From Felis catus (Eukaryota), in NCBI RefSeq assembly GCF_018350175.1, contig NC_058368.1, forward strand, positions 62,002,001 to 62,066,000: DNA of 64,000 nt, in the 5' to 3' direction. The notes under the pieces were generated by a model. It ran no database searches and was not told where the DNA came from. It was given only the letters and a program-made list of their open reading frames with translations. Positions 12,378-24,437 of the stretch are shown here, one piece after another. Within the stretch, counting starts at the first letter, position 1, and every line of letters begins with the position of its first letter. The position numbers were made by a program, and so were the translations under genes.

Positions 12378-12494
12378 GTGCCTGCTCTTGTTCAATCCCA
12401 GATATCCCACTTTCAAATTATGAAGGATTGTGTGGGTGGCCCTAGTTTATGTATTTGTGAACCTGACAGTCTGAAACCACTGAGGGACATTTCT

Positions 12495-12724
12495 TTTCTT
12501 TTTCTTTTTCTGCTTTTTTTTAATGTTTATTTATTTTTGAGACAGAAAGATACAGAGTGTGAGCAGGGGAGGGGCTGTGAGATAGGGAGACACAGAATCC
12601 AAAGCAGGCTTCAGGCTCTGAGCTGTCAGCACAGAGCCCGACACGGGGTTTGAACTCATGAAGTGTGAGATCATGACCTGAGCTGAAGTTGTATACTTAA
12701 CTGACTGAGCCACCCAGGTGCCCC
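12495..12724 (-). mobile_element. Can-SINE inside ERVL
   Basis: TSD gggacatttct on both sides. Confidence 0.95.
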
Positions 12725-13169
12725 GTGGGACATTTCTGATTTCATGATCATTGATCTTCCATTTCAAGTGTTCCACCTCTACCAAGGCCCAGGAGCATGC
12801 AGCAGCTGCTTGTAAAATGGTACATAATTATCTGCTGCATGTGGAAAAATATTGCTTAAAACCTCTAGAGTTTTACTTGTGATTGCTCAGTTGGACCTTG
12901 TCACAAACTCCATACATTATATTTTCCAAGATACCTTTAATACCATGGGGACTGTAGATTGTTTGGACCAATTGTCAATGCCATTTGCACTACTGCCTCG
13001 AACTACTTCTCTTAGCCACATTCAAAACTTCTAGCCTTTTGTGTGTTACTCAACAGAAGGGGGAGAGAAATGTTCTAAGATGTGAAATATGCTATGCCCA
13101 GAGGAGGTCTACCAAGCATTATAATACTTCCTTCTTACCAGTAAGAGTGTGACATATAATAACTTGTCC

Positions 13170-13414
13170 TTTATTTTTTTTAATTAAAAAATAATGTTTA
13201 TTTATTTTTGAGAGAGAGATAGAGAGAGACAGACAGACAGACAGACAGAGTGTGAGCCAGAGAGAGGCAGAGAGAGAGGGAGACCCAGAATCTGAACCAG
13301 GCTCCAGGCTCTGAGCTGTCAGCACAGAACCTGACTCGGGGTTCAAACTCATGAAATATGGGACCATGACCTGAACAGAAGCCAGACGTTTAACTGACTG
13401 AGCCACCCAGATTC
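13170..13414 (-). mobile_element. Can-SINE inside ERVL
   Basis: Reverse SINE body with (GA)/(GACA)n tract. Confidence 0.93.
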
Positions 13415-15104
13415 CATTTTCTCCTTTACTTTGGAGCAGATATACTGATATGCCCCAGTCTCTGACTACACCTAAAAACTACTTATGTCTCAGATTCCGA
13501 GGGCTTCATAAATGTATTTCCCATCTATTACAGCACATCTTTCTTACCAACTTACTTGCCTCCAGCTTACTTGCCACTCCTTGCTTATACAATTTAGTTC
13601 TTTAGAATGTCTGGAGAATATCGAGTCCCTCTGGGCTATATTTTAACAGAAGATAAAACAGCTACAATAGCATTAGGCCAAGACAATGAATGTAGACTGT
13701 TGGCTGGATTATGGTGTAATTTCACTTTTTCTATGGGTTTCGGCCAAGATCAAGCATAAATATCGGGGTAGGGTGTCTTGTCAAGCATTATCTTCTGTAT
13801 CATCTTCAAGTCTGACAGAAAGGAGTGGTGTATACTGCTGCAGGTTCAGAGAGTTCATCTGTTAGGAGGTTTCAAGACTTTTCAAGTGGTTTGACCCAAA
13901 TATTGCCATCCTATGTCAAAGAATCTCACTTCTTTCAATTAAGGCTACTACTAGCTAGAGATGAGAGCCCTTCTCTAGAGCTCTACTGCTTTTAAAATTA
14001 AGTCTGAGGTTTTATCATCAGCTTTCTACCCCCCTGCTCTAGGAAATAAGAGTCTTTTTATACACTGCAAAAGAGGCCCTCTGACTTTCTTCATTGACTC
14101 TCATTTAATCAATTAACCATTCTCAGCACTTTATTGTATTTCTTCAGTACATCAGTGTTTATTGTGTTTGCAATTACTACTGTATTTGAACGTCTCTAAA
14201 GCGACCCATCACCCACCAGTACATTCCATGCAACTTCACCACTATGAAAAGAAGAAGGAGGAGGAAGAGAAGAAGGAGGAGAGGAAGAAGAAGAAGATTA
14301 ACCATTGCACATGATATGCCAAGGTCATTGTGACATCTACTACCAATGATAGGATAAGGGTTATCAGCTCCAAAATCCCATTTTAGAGTCTGTTTTGTTG
14401 GACCTTGTCAGGCACCAACTTTCTCAGGTAGAGATTTTCTGAGGAACAGACTCTAAGATTTGTATTTCCCTGCAGGAAACTAATTGGAGAAAGCCTTAGG
14501 ATCAACTGCCCTAAGGGTATGAAAGCAATGACGAATCAGAAGGAGGCATTGGCTGCAGCGCAGTCATAACCAAGGTTTTAGTCAATTCCACAGAAAGTTT
14601 GGAAGTCGCACAGCCCCTAAAACTACAGTTGTTCCAAATTCAGGCACAAGGCCAGGTCAAAATACATTTAATAGTAATCAAACCAAATCTTTTACTGAGT
14701 AAGTGGGTCGGAGAAAAGTCTAGATGACTAGTGTCAGAGCTGCCGTGAAATTAAGTAGAGCTAAGATCATCACACAGATTGGTTACTTCTATCCACTTTT
14801 CCATTATGAGCCCAGGACCTGATACAAAATAAGTAGGAAGATGTGACAGAGTCAAATGTACATCCTTGGCTCCATTAGGACTTAACTACATTGGCATCCT
14901 TTTTTCTATCTTACCTCTTTGAGGGGTATGAAAAACTTCGAACCTAGGAAGCCCAGTGTCAGCTTTCTTAGGGAGGTTGAAGAAAAGCACAGACTCTGTC
15001 ACAGGAACTAAATTAGGAGAAAAGGGAAGTAGATCCACATTTTAACTCCAGTCTTAACCCTCCAAATCTTGAGCAACTGATTCTGGCGATTAAGAACATT
15101 TCAA

Positions 15105-15290
15105 GGGCACCTGGGTGGCTCAGTTGGTTGAACATCTGATTCTTGATTTCAGCTTACCTCATGAGCTCCTGGTTTGTGGGATCAAGCCCGACGAAAGGCT
15201 CCACGCTGACAGTGCAGAGCCTGCTTGAGTTTTGCTGTCTCCCTCTCTCTCTGCCCCATCTCCATCCATGTTCTCTCTCTCTCTCTCTCG

Positions 15291-15322
<32 letters not shown>

Positions 15323-15341
15323 GTAAAGAAAAATTACAAAA
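15105..15341 (+). mobile_element. Can-SINE
   Basis: TSD aagaacatttca / aagaatatttca. Confidence 0.95.
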
Positions 15342-15633
15342 AAAGAATATTTCAGAGGGGTTCTGTACTTCTTATTCTTGTCCCCCTTCTCAAATAGAAA
15401 GGAATATTTTAGTAATCAATATATATTATGTTTAAATTCATATACATGTATTCTAAACATAAATTGCACAAAGTCTAACAGTTTTCATATTGGAAATTAT
15501 ATGGACATTGACCCATATAATTATAAAAATAATATTAAACATTTATTAAACTAATTAAAAATACTATGCAGAGCTATCCAGAATATTATAACTTAATATT
15601 ATTAATTAGAAATTGTATTTAAACTTTAATGGA

Positions 15634-15828
15634 GGGGCATCTGGGTGGCTCAGTCGGTTAAGCATCCGACTTCTGCTCAGGTCATGATATCGTGGCTTGT
15701 GAGTTCAAACCCCACGCCAGGCTCTGTGCTGACAGCTCAGAGCCTGGAGACTGATTTGGATTCTGTGTCTCCTTCTCTCTCTCTGCTCCTCCTCAACTCA
15801 TGCAAAAAAAAAAAACAAAAACATTAAA
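15634..15828 (+). mobile_element. Can-SINE with shortened 3' part
   Basis: Head ggggcatctgggtggctcagtcgg; second CT tract missing before the A tail. Confidence 0.93.
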
Positions 15829-16187
15829 CTTCCATATTTGAGCAAATACTTTAAAAATTTTGAGCAAGATTTGCTCAAATATGGAAATAATCAAAAATTT
15901 TAATCTTTTATTTTATATTTACATGTTTCTCAATATATTTATGAGTTAACATATTGTGCATATTATTATATAATGCTTTTGGTGATTACTGCCAATAATT
16001 ATATCTTATGAAAAAATCTTGATTATAGCAAAATGATATATAATTATTTAAAATGAACCCTAACACCTTCCTATTTTGTTTTAATATTTAATAATGTAAA
16101 CATATTTTACATATTATTATTCATTACCTAGATTATTTTCCCATGCCTTTAAAGGCTTACAGATTTTGCCCTCCTTGTGAACTAATT

Positions 16188-16771
16188 TGTTAGCTGGCCA
16201 AAGTCTCATAGTTTCTGTTAGAAGACTCCTGGGTTAGAGACCCAAAGTATTTTATTACTCATGTCAATAGCTGTAGAGAATTTACATTTTTATGGTGGTT
16301 ACCCAAGCCCCGCTTCCCACAGGGTATCAAAAAAAGGTCAGTGAGTTCCTAAACCCCAATCTTTGACAATGAGTGTAAGCATGGCTGCCCTTTGCTTTAG
16401 TGAATGTTACTATTTTCTTTTTTTTTTAAGTTTTTTTTTAATGTTTATTTATTTCTTAGACAGAGAGAGACAGAACATGAGTCTGGAAGGGGCAGAGAGA
16501 GAGGGAGACACAGAATCAGAAGCAGGCTCCAGGCTCCAAGCTGTCAGCACAGAGCCCGACGCAGGGCTTGAACTCACGGACTGCAAGATCATAACCTGAG
16601 CTGAAGTCGATCGCTCAACCGACTGAGCCACCCAGGCACCCCATGAATGCTACTATTTTCCAAGGCTGTTCACTATACAAACATTCTTGAAACCAGTCCA
16701 AAACAAAGGATAGTCAGTGCCTCTGCTTACAAAAGTGTGTAAGAGACCTATGGAAGATTAACTCCCAGCAA
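16188..16771 (-). mobile_element. ERVL-class solo LTR (MER54/MER74-like), split by a SINE
   Basis: 'agactcctgggttagagacccaaagtattttattactca' and 'aacaaaggatagtcagtgcctctgc' resemble this LTR group. Confidence 0.5.
16418..16642 (-). mobile_element. Can-SINE
   Basis: TSD tgaatg(t/c)tactattttc at 16401-16417 and 16644-16660. Confidence 0.96.
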
Positions 16772-19189
16772 TCATTCTTGCCGGTAAAATCTGAATTATG
16801 TAAAAAGCTCAATTCTAACAACTTAAATATTTTTCTGGAATAAAACTTAATGACTCTTAGAACAAAATATTTTAAATTAATTGTGTTTTGTTTTTTAGTT
16901 TGCTCATGCAAAAGCTCTCTGTCCATCAACAGAACATCTAGATGTTTTAGTACTAAATTCAACCATCTCTGGTATTCTGCACACTGTCACTTACATAAAT
17001 GCCATAATTTTATATATATCTTTCATTTTAAACTTTTCTAATTGTCAGATACATATGGTAGGACATGGTAAGACAACATGATATATTTTACTTAACAGGG
17101 TGTGGCTTGATTTATAACTTTTAAATATTTAGGTATATTGCACATGATTTTCCATTTGTATTCATGTTAAGATGTCAATAGTATTTTTATGTTCTCTCAA
17201 CACTTGGCACTATGATATTCCTTCACGCAACCTAGTTGTCAATAGTATGGTTTTAGAGATCCATTTGAAATGTGATGTCATTATCCAGTTAAATATATTT
17301 CCTAGCTACTCTTGACTGTTGCTCAATCACTGTGATAGTTTCAGTAGTTCTATCACCATTTAGAATCATTGAACTTAGAACACTTCTTGTTTAGTAAATT
17401 AATAATTTGACACGTATCACGTGTATGTATCTGTAGGTCACTGTTCAAAATAACAGAAGCATTCATGTTGGAGAACATGAAAACAAATATAAGATTCAAG
17501 AATTGCACAAAGCTGTCACTAAAAGTATGTAAAAGCAAAAGTTTTAACTCCCTGCATCGAACAGAAAAAATGAATAACATTTGCTTTGCCCAGTGATTTA
17601 AAGACAACTTTAAATCGCTATATTCCCGATTTGACAAACCATTATAGGAGATACATAAAGAGAAATTGGCCAAATCTCAGCAGTCCTTTATTATTAAGAA
17701 TTAATATTACCATACAAATGCATATCAGAGATTGTGAACAAACCATCATACTGCAGGCACTAGTGTCTATAAACCTTAATGGTTAATATCTCAGAATATA
17801 TAAGCCTTGAGAGTTAATTTATAATTGCAAATTGTCAGGTGGGATTGAACATTGAATCAAAATCACAGTGACTTGCATGAAATTGAATTTATAATTAAGC
17901 AGAGCCTTCTTTAAAGAACAGAAATCGCTTTCAAAGAGATCATCAAAATCTAATGCACGTTAGTGCACATATTTATTGCAGCTCTCAGCACTACAATTTT
18001 CCCCAGTATATACACTAGGAGGCTACTAAATATATAATTCTATTTTATAAAAACAATTTATTTTCTGTGCTGTGATTTTTGTCTTAGCAATTTGTAATGT
18101 GAGTTAATGTACCTCTATAGAAAATTCAAATTTGTAAATGTGTTTCATGGTGTGTTTATTCAAGAAAATCGTGCGTATTAAAAATTTAAAGAAAGCTCTT
18201 CAAGCTTTATCCTAAAAAATAGTACTAACACCATCAATTTTTAGCTATCATTCTAATCTCTGTCTACAATCAATTATTTACATTAAAATATGACCTGTAA
18301 TTAAAATCAATTTAGTTGTAAAGCTAAGCCAAGAATTAATAGACTAGGTATTTAGCAAATCGCTTCACAGAAGCCATATTGCAGCATTATGTAATTAATA
18401 AGAAAACTTTACTTCAAAAATTATTTTATTACAAATAAGTTAATATTAATTAATTAATTGAATTTGCTCAATTAATCTGCACACTCAATAATAGACAAAG
18501 CTATGTAAAACATAGCATATTCACATGATTGAATATTTATTTATGTAATTAATGACATATGACATAACTCCTGTGAATAACCAATAATAATAGCACTAAT
18601 GAAGCGGTATGAGTTTATAAACACTCTAAAATTATGTGAAAATATGAACACACAAAAATAGTAGATTCTAGAGAAATAAGAAAACTTGTGTTTGAGAAAT
18701 GAGCATATGAATACATTCTCCCTTCATAAAATATCCTTTTATGTTGCTATATCAATATTTAAATTATAATTAATATTAAAAGGATATATATTAATGTAGG
18801 ATAGCAGAAATTCAACCTGGAATTATATTAGGTTCCACAGTATTAGGGAATATAATCAGTGTAGGTAAGTTAGCATATTTTTTGATCATCATTATAAAAA
18901 TATAAAAGAGCAGATCTTCTAAAGGAAAACATGTTTCATTATATGCAATATATGTTCACAATTTTAGTTGCAGTTTAGCATTTAGTTGTAGTTTAGCATA
19001 TTTGGTGAGAATGAACAAATAGTGCATAGTTAACTTTGTCTATCGATACCTAGAACACAGGTTTGATTTAAGTCATGGAGACATAAAGAAAAAGAAAGAA
19101 AGAGAGAAACAAAATGCCGTTTTAGCTTATATCCCCTATAAGTTATTTTCTTCCCTATCTCATTGATGAAATCACTAATATTTTATAAT

Positions 19190-19568
19190 AGCTTGATAGG
19201 TTTGCCAGGACAAAGTATGATAGACTGGGTGGCCTAAATAACAGAAATGTGTGCTTTCACAGTTCTGGAGGCTCAAAGCCCAAGGTCAGGGTGTCAGCAG
19301 GCTTGGTTTCTTCTGAAGCTTGTGTCCTTGGTTTGTAGATGGCTGTCTTCTCCCTGCATTTTCACATCTTTCCTCTGTGCACGTCTGCCTCCAAATTTCT
19401 TCTCCTTGTAAGAACACCAGCTATAATTGGATTAAGGTCCCCACTAAAGACTTTATTTTAACTTCATTATCTCTCTAAAGACCCTATATCCAGCCACAGT
19501 CACAACTCAGTTACTAGGAGTTAGGATTTCAACTTGTCAATTTGGGGGACACAATTTGGCCCACCCCA
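19190..19568 (-). mobile_element. MLT1 (MaLR) solo LTR
   Basis: 'agactgggtggcctaaataacagaaat...cacagttctggaggct...tttgggggacacaatt'. Confidence 0.88.
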
Positions 19569-20441
19569 CCTGATTGGCTTAATGAATTTTTTTCAAGTTC
19601 ACACAGAAGAGCTGGTGCTCTCAAATGACAGAGGCTATTATTTTTCATAAAGAAAAACACAACATATTTTAAAATAAATAAAATGACATAGAATGTCTTC
19701 TTTACAAACCTGATAGGATCCATCATCACAAAACATATCATCATACCCTGAGATATATATAAAAAAAAACTGCTCATCTGTGCCTTGGGCTGACATTATA
19801 CGAACAATTGCATTAGCCTGTTTCCTTCCAGAAGTAGTCATCTGTATACCAGTTATATGTTTATACAAACACACCATTTGGAAGTTTTCTGTCATTAATA
19901 CTTCCCTTTTGTGGTTTATTAAGCCATATCCTAAAGATTTCAAGACATTCACTTCCAACACATTCATTTTCATCTCCGTGTTTTTTGAAACATTCCTTTC
20001 AATATTCCCCATGTAAAAATTGTGTAATTGATTGTGTAGATAAAAAGCACTTTAAGTAGCAGATATTATAAATTAAATATGGGTTATAATAATATTACTT
20101 GATATAATTGCTCTTGTCTGTGTTATAAGGTGGTTGAATTCACCTTTTCTCCTCTTTCTTGTGCCCTTTTATCCACAATGCCTTGTTGCTCATTTGTCTC
20201 CCTTCTCTTCTTCTTCTTCTTCTTTTTTTTTTTTCTTGCCACCTTGGGTCCCTGGGCCATTGCAGGTGTGAGCAGACCGCATTAGGGCCCACAGCAAGCA
20301 CACATCTCGTCTGTTCTTGCTTTTAATCATGTCTATCCTCCTTCAAGTACCCTTTCTCATTTCCGCCTTCTCAGTTAAGAAATATTTATATTATAAATAG
20401 TCAAGTTAGGAGGAAAATCACCTGATTAAGCAAATTGACCC

Positions 20442-21594
20442 CCTGTTATTCTCCTTTTTAGTGGGGTCTTTATCTGGTTTTGGAATCAAGGTAATGCTGT
20501 CTTCATAGAATGAGTTTGGAAGGTTTCCTTCAATTTCTATTTTTTTTTTTTTGGAGGTGGGGACACTTTGAGAAGGAAAGGTATTAATTTTTTTTTTTTT
20601 TTTAACGTCTGGTAGAATTCCCCCGGGAAGTCATCTGGCCCAGGACTCTTGATTTGAGAGATTTTGATGACTGATTAAATTTCTTTGCTGGTTAAGGAAC
20701 TTTTCAAATTTTCTACTTCTTCCTGTTTCAGTTTTGGTAGTGTGTGAATTTCTAGGAATTTGTCCTTTTCTTCCAGCTGGCCCAGTTTTTTGACATATAA
20801 TTTTTCATAATATTTTCTTATTATTTTTTGTATTCCTGTTGTGTTGGTTGTGACCTCTCCTCTTTCATTCATGATTTTATCTATTTGGGTCCTCTCTTTA
20901 CTTTTTGAGAGTCTGGCTAGGGACTTGTCATTTTTGTTTACTCTTTCAAAAAACTAGCTTTTAATTTCATTTATCTGTTCTACTGTTTTGTTTGTTTGTT
21001 TCTATATCATTTATTTCTGCTCTAATCTTTATTATTTCCTTTCTCTTGCTGGCTTTAGGCTTTATTTGCTGTTCCTTTTCTAGCTCCTTTAGGTGTAAGG
21101 TTAGGTTGTGTATTTTGGACCTTCCTTGATTCTTGAGATAGGCCTGAATTGCAATGTATTTTCCTCTTAAGACGGCCTTTGCTGCATCCCAAAGATTTGG
21201 GGATGTCATGTTTTAATTTTCATTTGCTTCCATGTATTATTTTTATTTCTTCTTAAATTCCTGATGAACCCATTCATTCTTTAGTAGGATGTTCTTTAAC
21301 CTCCATGTATTTGAGGATTTCCAAATGTTTTTCTTGTGGTTGATTTCAAATTTCATGACACTGTGATCTTAAAAATATGCATATTATGAACTTGATATTT
21401 TTGTACCTGTTGAAGGCTGATTTGTACCCAATGTGTGATCTATTCTGGAGAATATTCCATGTGTACTTGAATAGAATATATATTTTGCTGCTTTAGGATG
21501 AAATGTTCTGAATATATCTGCTAAGTCCATTTTGGCCCAGTGTGTCATTCAAAGCCATTGTTTCCTTGTTGTTTATCTGCTTAGGTGATCTGAC
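20442..21594 (-). mobile_element. Internal L1 ORF2 fragment (end of endonuclease to pre-RT), no 3' end
   Basis: ORFs [22 protein letters not shown] and NERGEVTTNTTGIQKIIRKYYEKLY are L1 ORF2. Confidence 0.95.
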
Positions 21595-22033
21595 CTGGAA
21601 ATCATGTGGGACTACAAAATCTGTCAATACTGAAGTTTCTGACATTTTGTTTTACCCTACTTACAAGTTAATAAGTTAGTCTGTTTCTTTTTTGAATATT
21701 CAGAACACACTGAATAATATTTATTTTTGTTAAGAGAGAGGCATGTGAAAAACTTGTTTGGCTCCCCTCAACCCCTTTCCTACAATAGGCATCTTGTTAA
21801 CTTTAAATACATTATAAATGTCAAAGGTGTTAGAAGAAGAGGGATGATAACGAAGACCAGGGAAGAAAAGAAAGGGTAAAACCTCAGGAAAAATTTAAGA
21901 TTAAAGTGAATTAAATGAGTAAAGATTTAAGTCTAGATGTCCATCGACATGACAACAGCATGGGCCACCACAGTTATTTATGTTAATGCACACAGCTGTC
22001 CTTATTTATGGTACAGTTTGAAACCTGTTACCA

Positions 22034-22111
22034 TGTTACATCTGTGCACATTAAGACCCACGTTTGTCTCACTTGTTACATCTGTGCACATTAAGACCCA
22101 CGTTTGTCTCA
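22034..22111. repeat. Two-copy tandem duplication, 38 bp identical, period 40
   Basis: tgttacatctgtgcacattaagacccacgtttgtctca at 22034-22071 and 22074-22111. Confidence 0.95.
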
Positions 22112-22763
22112 TGTTTGTCCATGTTAAAAAAGGACAGTGATATTTCGAGTCAGACGTATAGGAACATCCTCTTCTAGCATTTGCTCCTTCATCAGATTAT
22201 CATTTTCCCACATTAATATTGTTTGACTGCAGTGGCCAGCTACCCTGATTAATAGTAGGTCACATAGCAAGTCTGGAGAAGATTCCATTTCATGTTGCAA
22301 GACCTAATCTCTTGCTAACATTCCCTACCACCTACCATAACATGTTTGCTTGTTGTCCCTGGTTTTGTTATTGTTGTTGTTATTATTATTATTAACTATT
22401 ATTTTCTCATGGGTACAAGAAGACTCTAAATTCCAAATATCATGTCCTCTTACAAGTATTTCTAAGGGAGACAAAGACAAGGGCAGAGGCATCAAAAGAC
22501 TTTATGTCAAGTTATTTTATCAGGAAACAAATGCTTTCACAAAAGGTTCTACACACCCCCTCTTAACACACTAACTGCAGTGGAAGCTGGAGAGATGCAT
22601 ATTTGGGAAAATAAATTGCATTTATTTAATAATGAACAATTTTGAATCCCTCTTCAGGTATCAATTGATATTCATACTTCTTCTTAGATAAAATGATTGT
22701 TCAAATTATTTATCTATTTTTAACTGAGTCATTGACTTTTGTCTTATTGAATTAGAATTTTTG

Positions 22764-22970
22764 AGGGGCCCTCAGGTGGCTCAGTCGGTTGAGCACCCAA
22801 CTTCGGCTAGGGTCATGATCTTGCAGTTCGTGAGTTCGAACTCCACATTGGGCTGTGTGCTGACAGCTCAGAGCCTAGAGGTGATTCAGATTCTGTGTCT
22901 CCCTCTCTCTCTTCCTTTCCCTACTTGCAGTCTGTCTCTCTCTCAAAAATAATAAATAAACATTTAAAAA
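22764..22970 (+). mobile_element. Can-SINE
   Basis: Head, CT tract and AATAAA tail. Confidence 0.93.
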
Positions 22971-22979
22971 ATCCCATTT

Positions 22980-23440
22980 TTAAATAAGTGAAGTTAGCAA
23001 GGTCCAAGAATCAAATTCAATATATAAAATTAAATTGTATTTATATAAGCTAGGAGCCAACATTTAGAAAATGCAAATATGTATACTAAATTTATTACAT
23101 ATACTAAATTTATATATGTATATTAAATTTAAATATCAGTAAAAATTAAATACTTAGAAATAAATCTAACAAAACATGCACAAGATATACATGTTGAAAT
23201 TCAAAACTGTTGATGGAAAAAATAAAGGAACTGTAATAGAAATATATGAAGTGCATTGAGCAAAAGACACAATACACAATATTGTTAAGTTGTGAATTGA
23301 GCTATATATTTAATGTAATTTCAATAAAAATTTAAGTTGTTTCCTTTAGTTTTGTTTTATTTTATAAGATTATAAAACACACATGGAAGAGAAAAAGACC
23401 TAGAAGTGTCTGAAAATGAAGAAAATAATTTGGAGAAGTA
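22980..23440 (+). mobile_element. Ancient L1M ORF2 fragment
   Basis: 'aaatacttagaaataaatctaacaaaacatgcacaagatatacatgttgaaa' matches L1 ORF2 post-RT region. Confidence 0.7.
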
Positions 23441-23466
23441 ACCCACGAGCCCCCCAAATAGGATAT

Positions 23467-23670
23467 TTTTAATGTCTATTTATTTATTTTGAGAGAGAGA
23501 GAGAGAGATTGTGCAAGTGGGAGAGGGGCAGAGAGAAATGGAGAGAGAGAATCCCAAGCATACTCCACTCTGTCAACATAGAGCCCGACGTGGGGCTGGA
23601 TCTCACACACTGTGAGATTATGACCTGTGCCAAAGTCAGATGCTTAACTGGCTGAGCACCCAAGTGCCCC
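23467..23670 (-). mobile_element. Can-SINE
   Basis: Reverse SINE body with (GA)n. Confidence 0.93.
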
Positions 23671-24309
23671 TAAAGTAGAAATTTTTATAGACTTTTTAGA
23701 ATTTAAATACAACCAATCATGCTGTCTGTAAAAACAACAGTTCTTCTTTTCTTCCTTTTTAATCTTTCACTCTCACTTCCAGTAAAATGTTCAACTGAAT
23801 GCTACTAAGCTTGTTATTAAGCTAGAGGAAAAGCATACAGTCTTTCATCATCAAATATGAAATTAGTTGTAAATTTTTATAGCATGAGAACAAAATTTGT
23901 TGCAGCTCTCTACATTCTAAATGCAATTCCTGAGAGGCCGCTCTGTGGTCATGACGCCCTGGGAGTACCACTGCTACTTCATATGCAAGTGCCAGAGCGG
24001 CTGCAGAATGCAGTGGTGGCCCTCTCTGAGCCAGTGCTGGGGCCAAGAAGAAAGGAAAATGAGGTTCTGCTAGGAAATAATTAAAAAATATATTTTCAAT
24101 AGGAAACTTGTAGTGTCTTCTACATCTACTTTTTCATTTCACATAGTTGTAATTTCTACAATATTTCCAACACTTTATGTTTAGTTACAAAGTAAATACT
24201 CTTGTGGATATTTACAAAAATTTTACAAGAATATTACAAATTCATTTAGAATCTGTGTTTCACCAAGGTGTTAATATTTTTCATTGGGTGGTTGGAATAC
24301 CAAAGATTA

Positions 24310-24437
24310 TACACACACACTCACACACACACACACACACACACACACATTATGTAATAAATTATGTGTGTAAATAATGTATATTGAATATATATATGTA
24401 TGTGTGTGTTGTGTGTGTGTGTATATACATATATATA
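24310..24437. repeat. (CA)n ... (TG)n/(TA)n microsatellite cluster
   Basis: Read directly from the sequence. Confidence 0.9.

Larger units (their letters stand above)
9369..14660 (-). mobile_element. Decayed ERVL provirus (LTR16C-like LTRs, ERV3-16A3-like internal region)
   Basis: Two related LTR16-like copies (9369-~9748 and ~14420-14660). PBS-like ttggtgcc at 14411-14418 (minus). Minus-strand pol remnants ENSFQWTEL (~12000-12026), ALANGVSSWSET (11893-11928) and KTDQATAAA (~11582-11608) resemble ERVL RNase H and integrase. Confidence 0.8.

Noticed and set aside
12109..12653. Overlapping ORFs rich in CV/F
   Set aside because: Translations of (TG)n/T-rich microsatellite and SINE.
18963..18998. 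18-bp tandem duplication with one mismatch
   Set aside because: Ordinary slippage duplication with no further structure.
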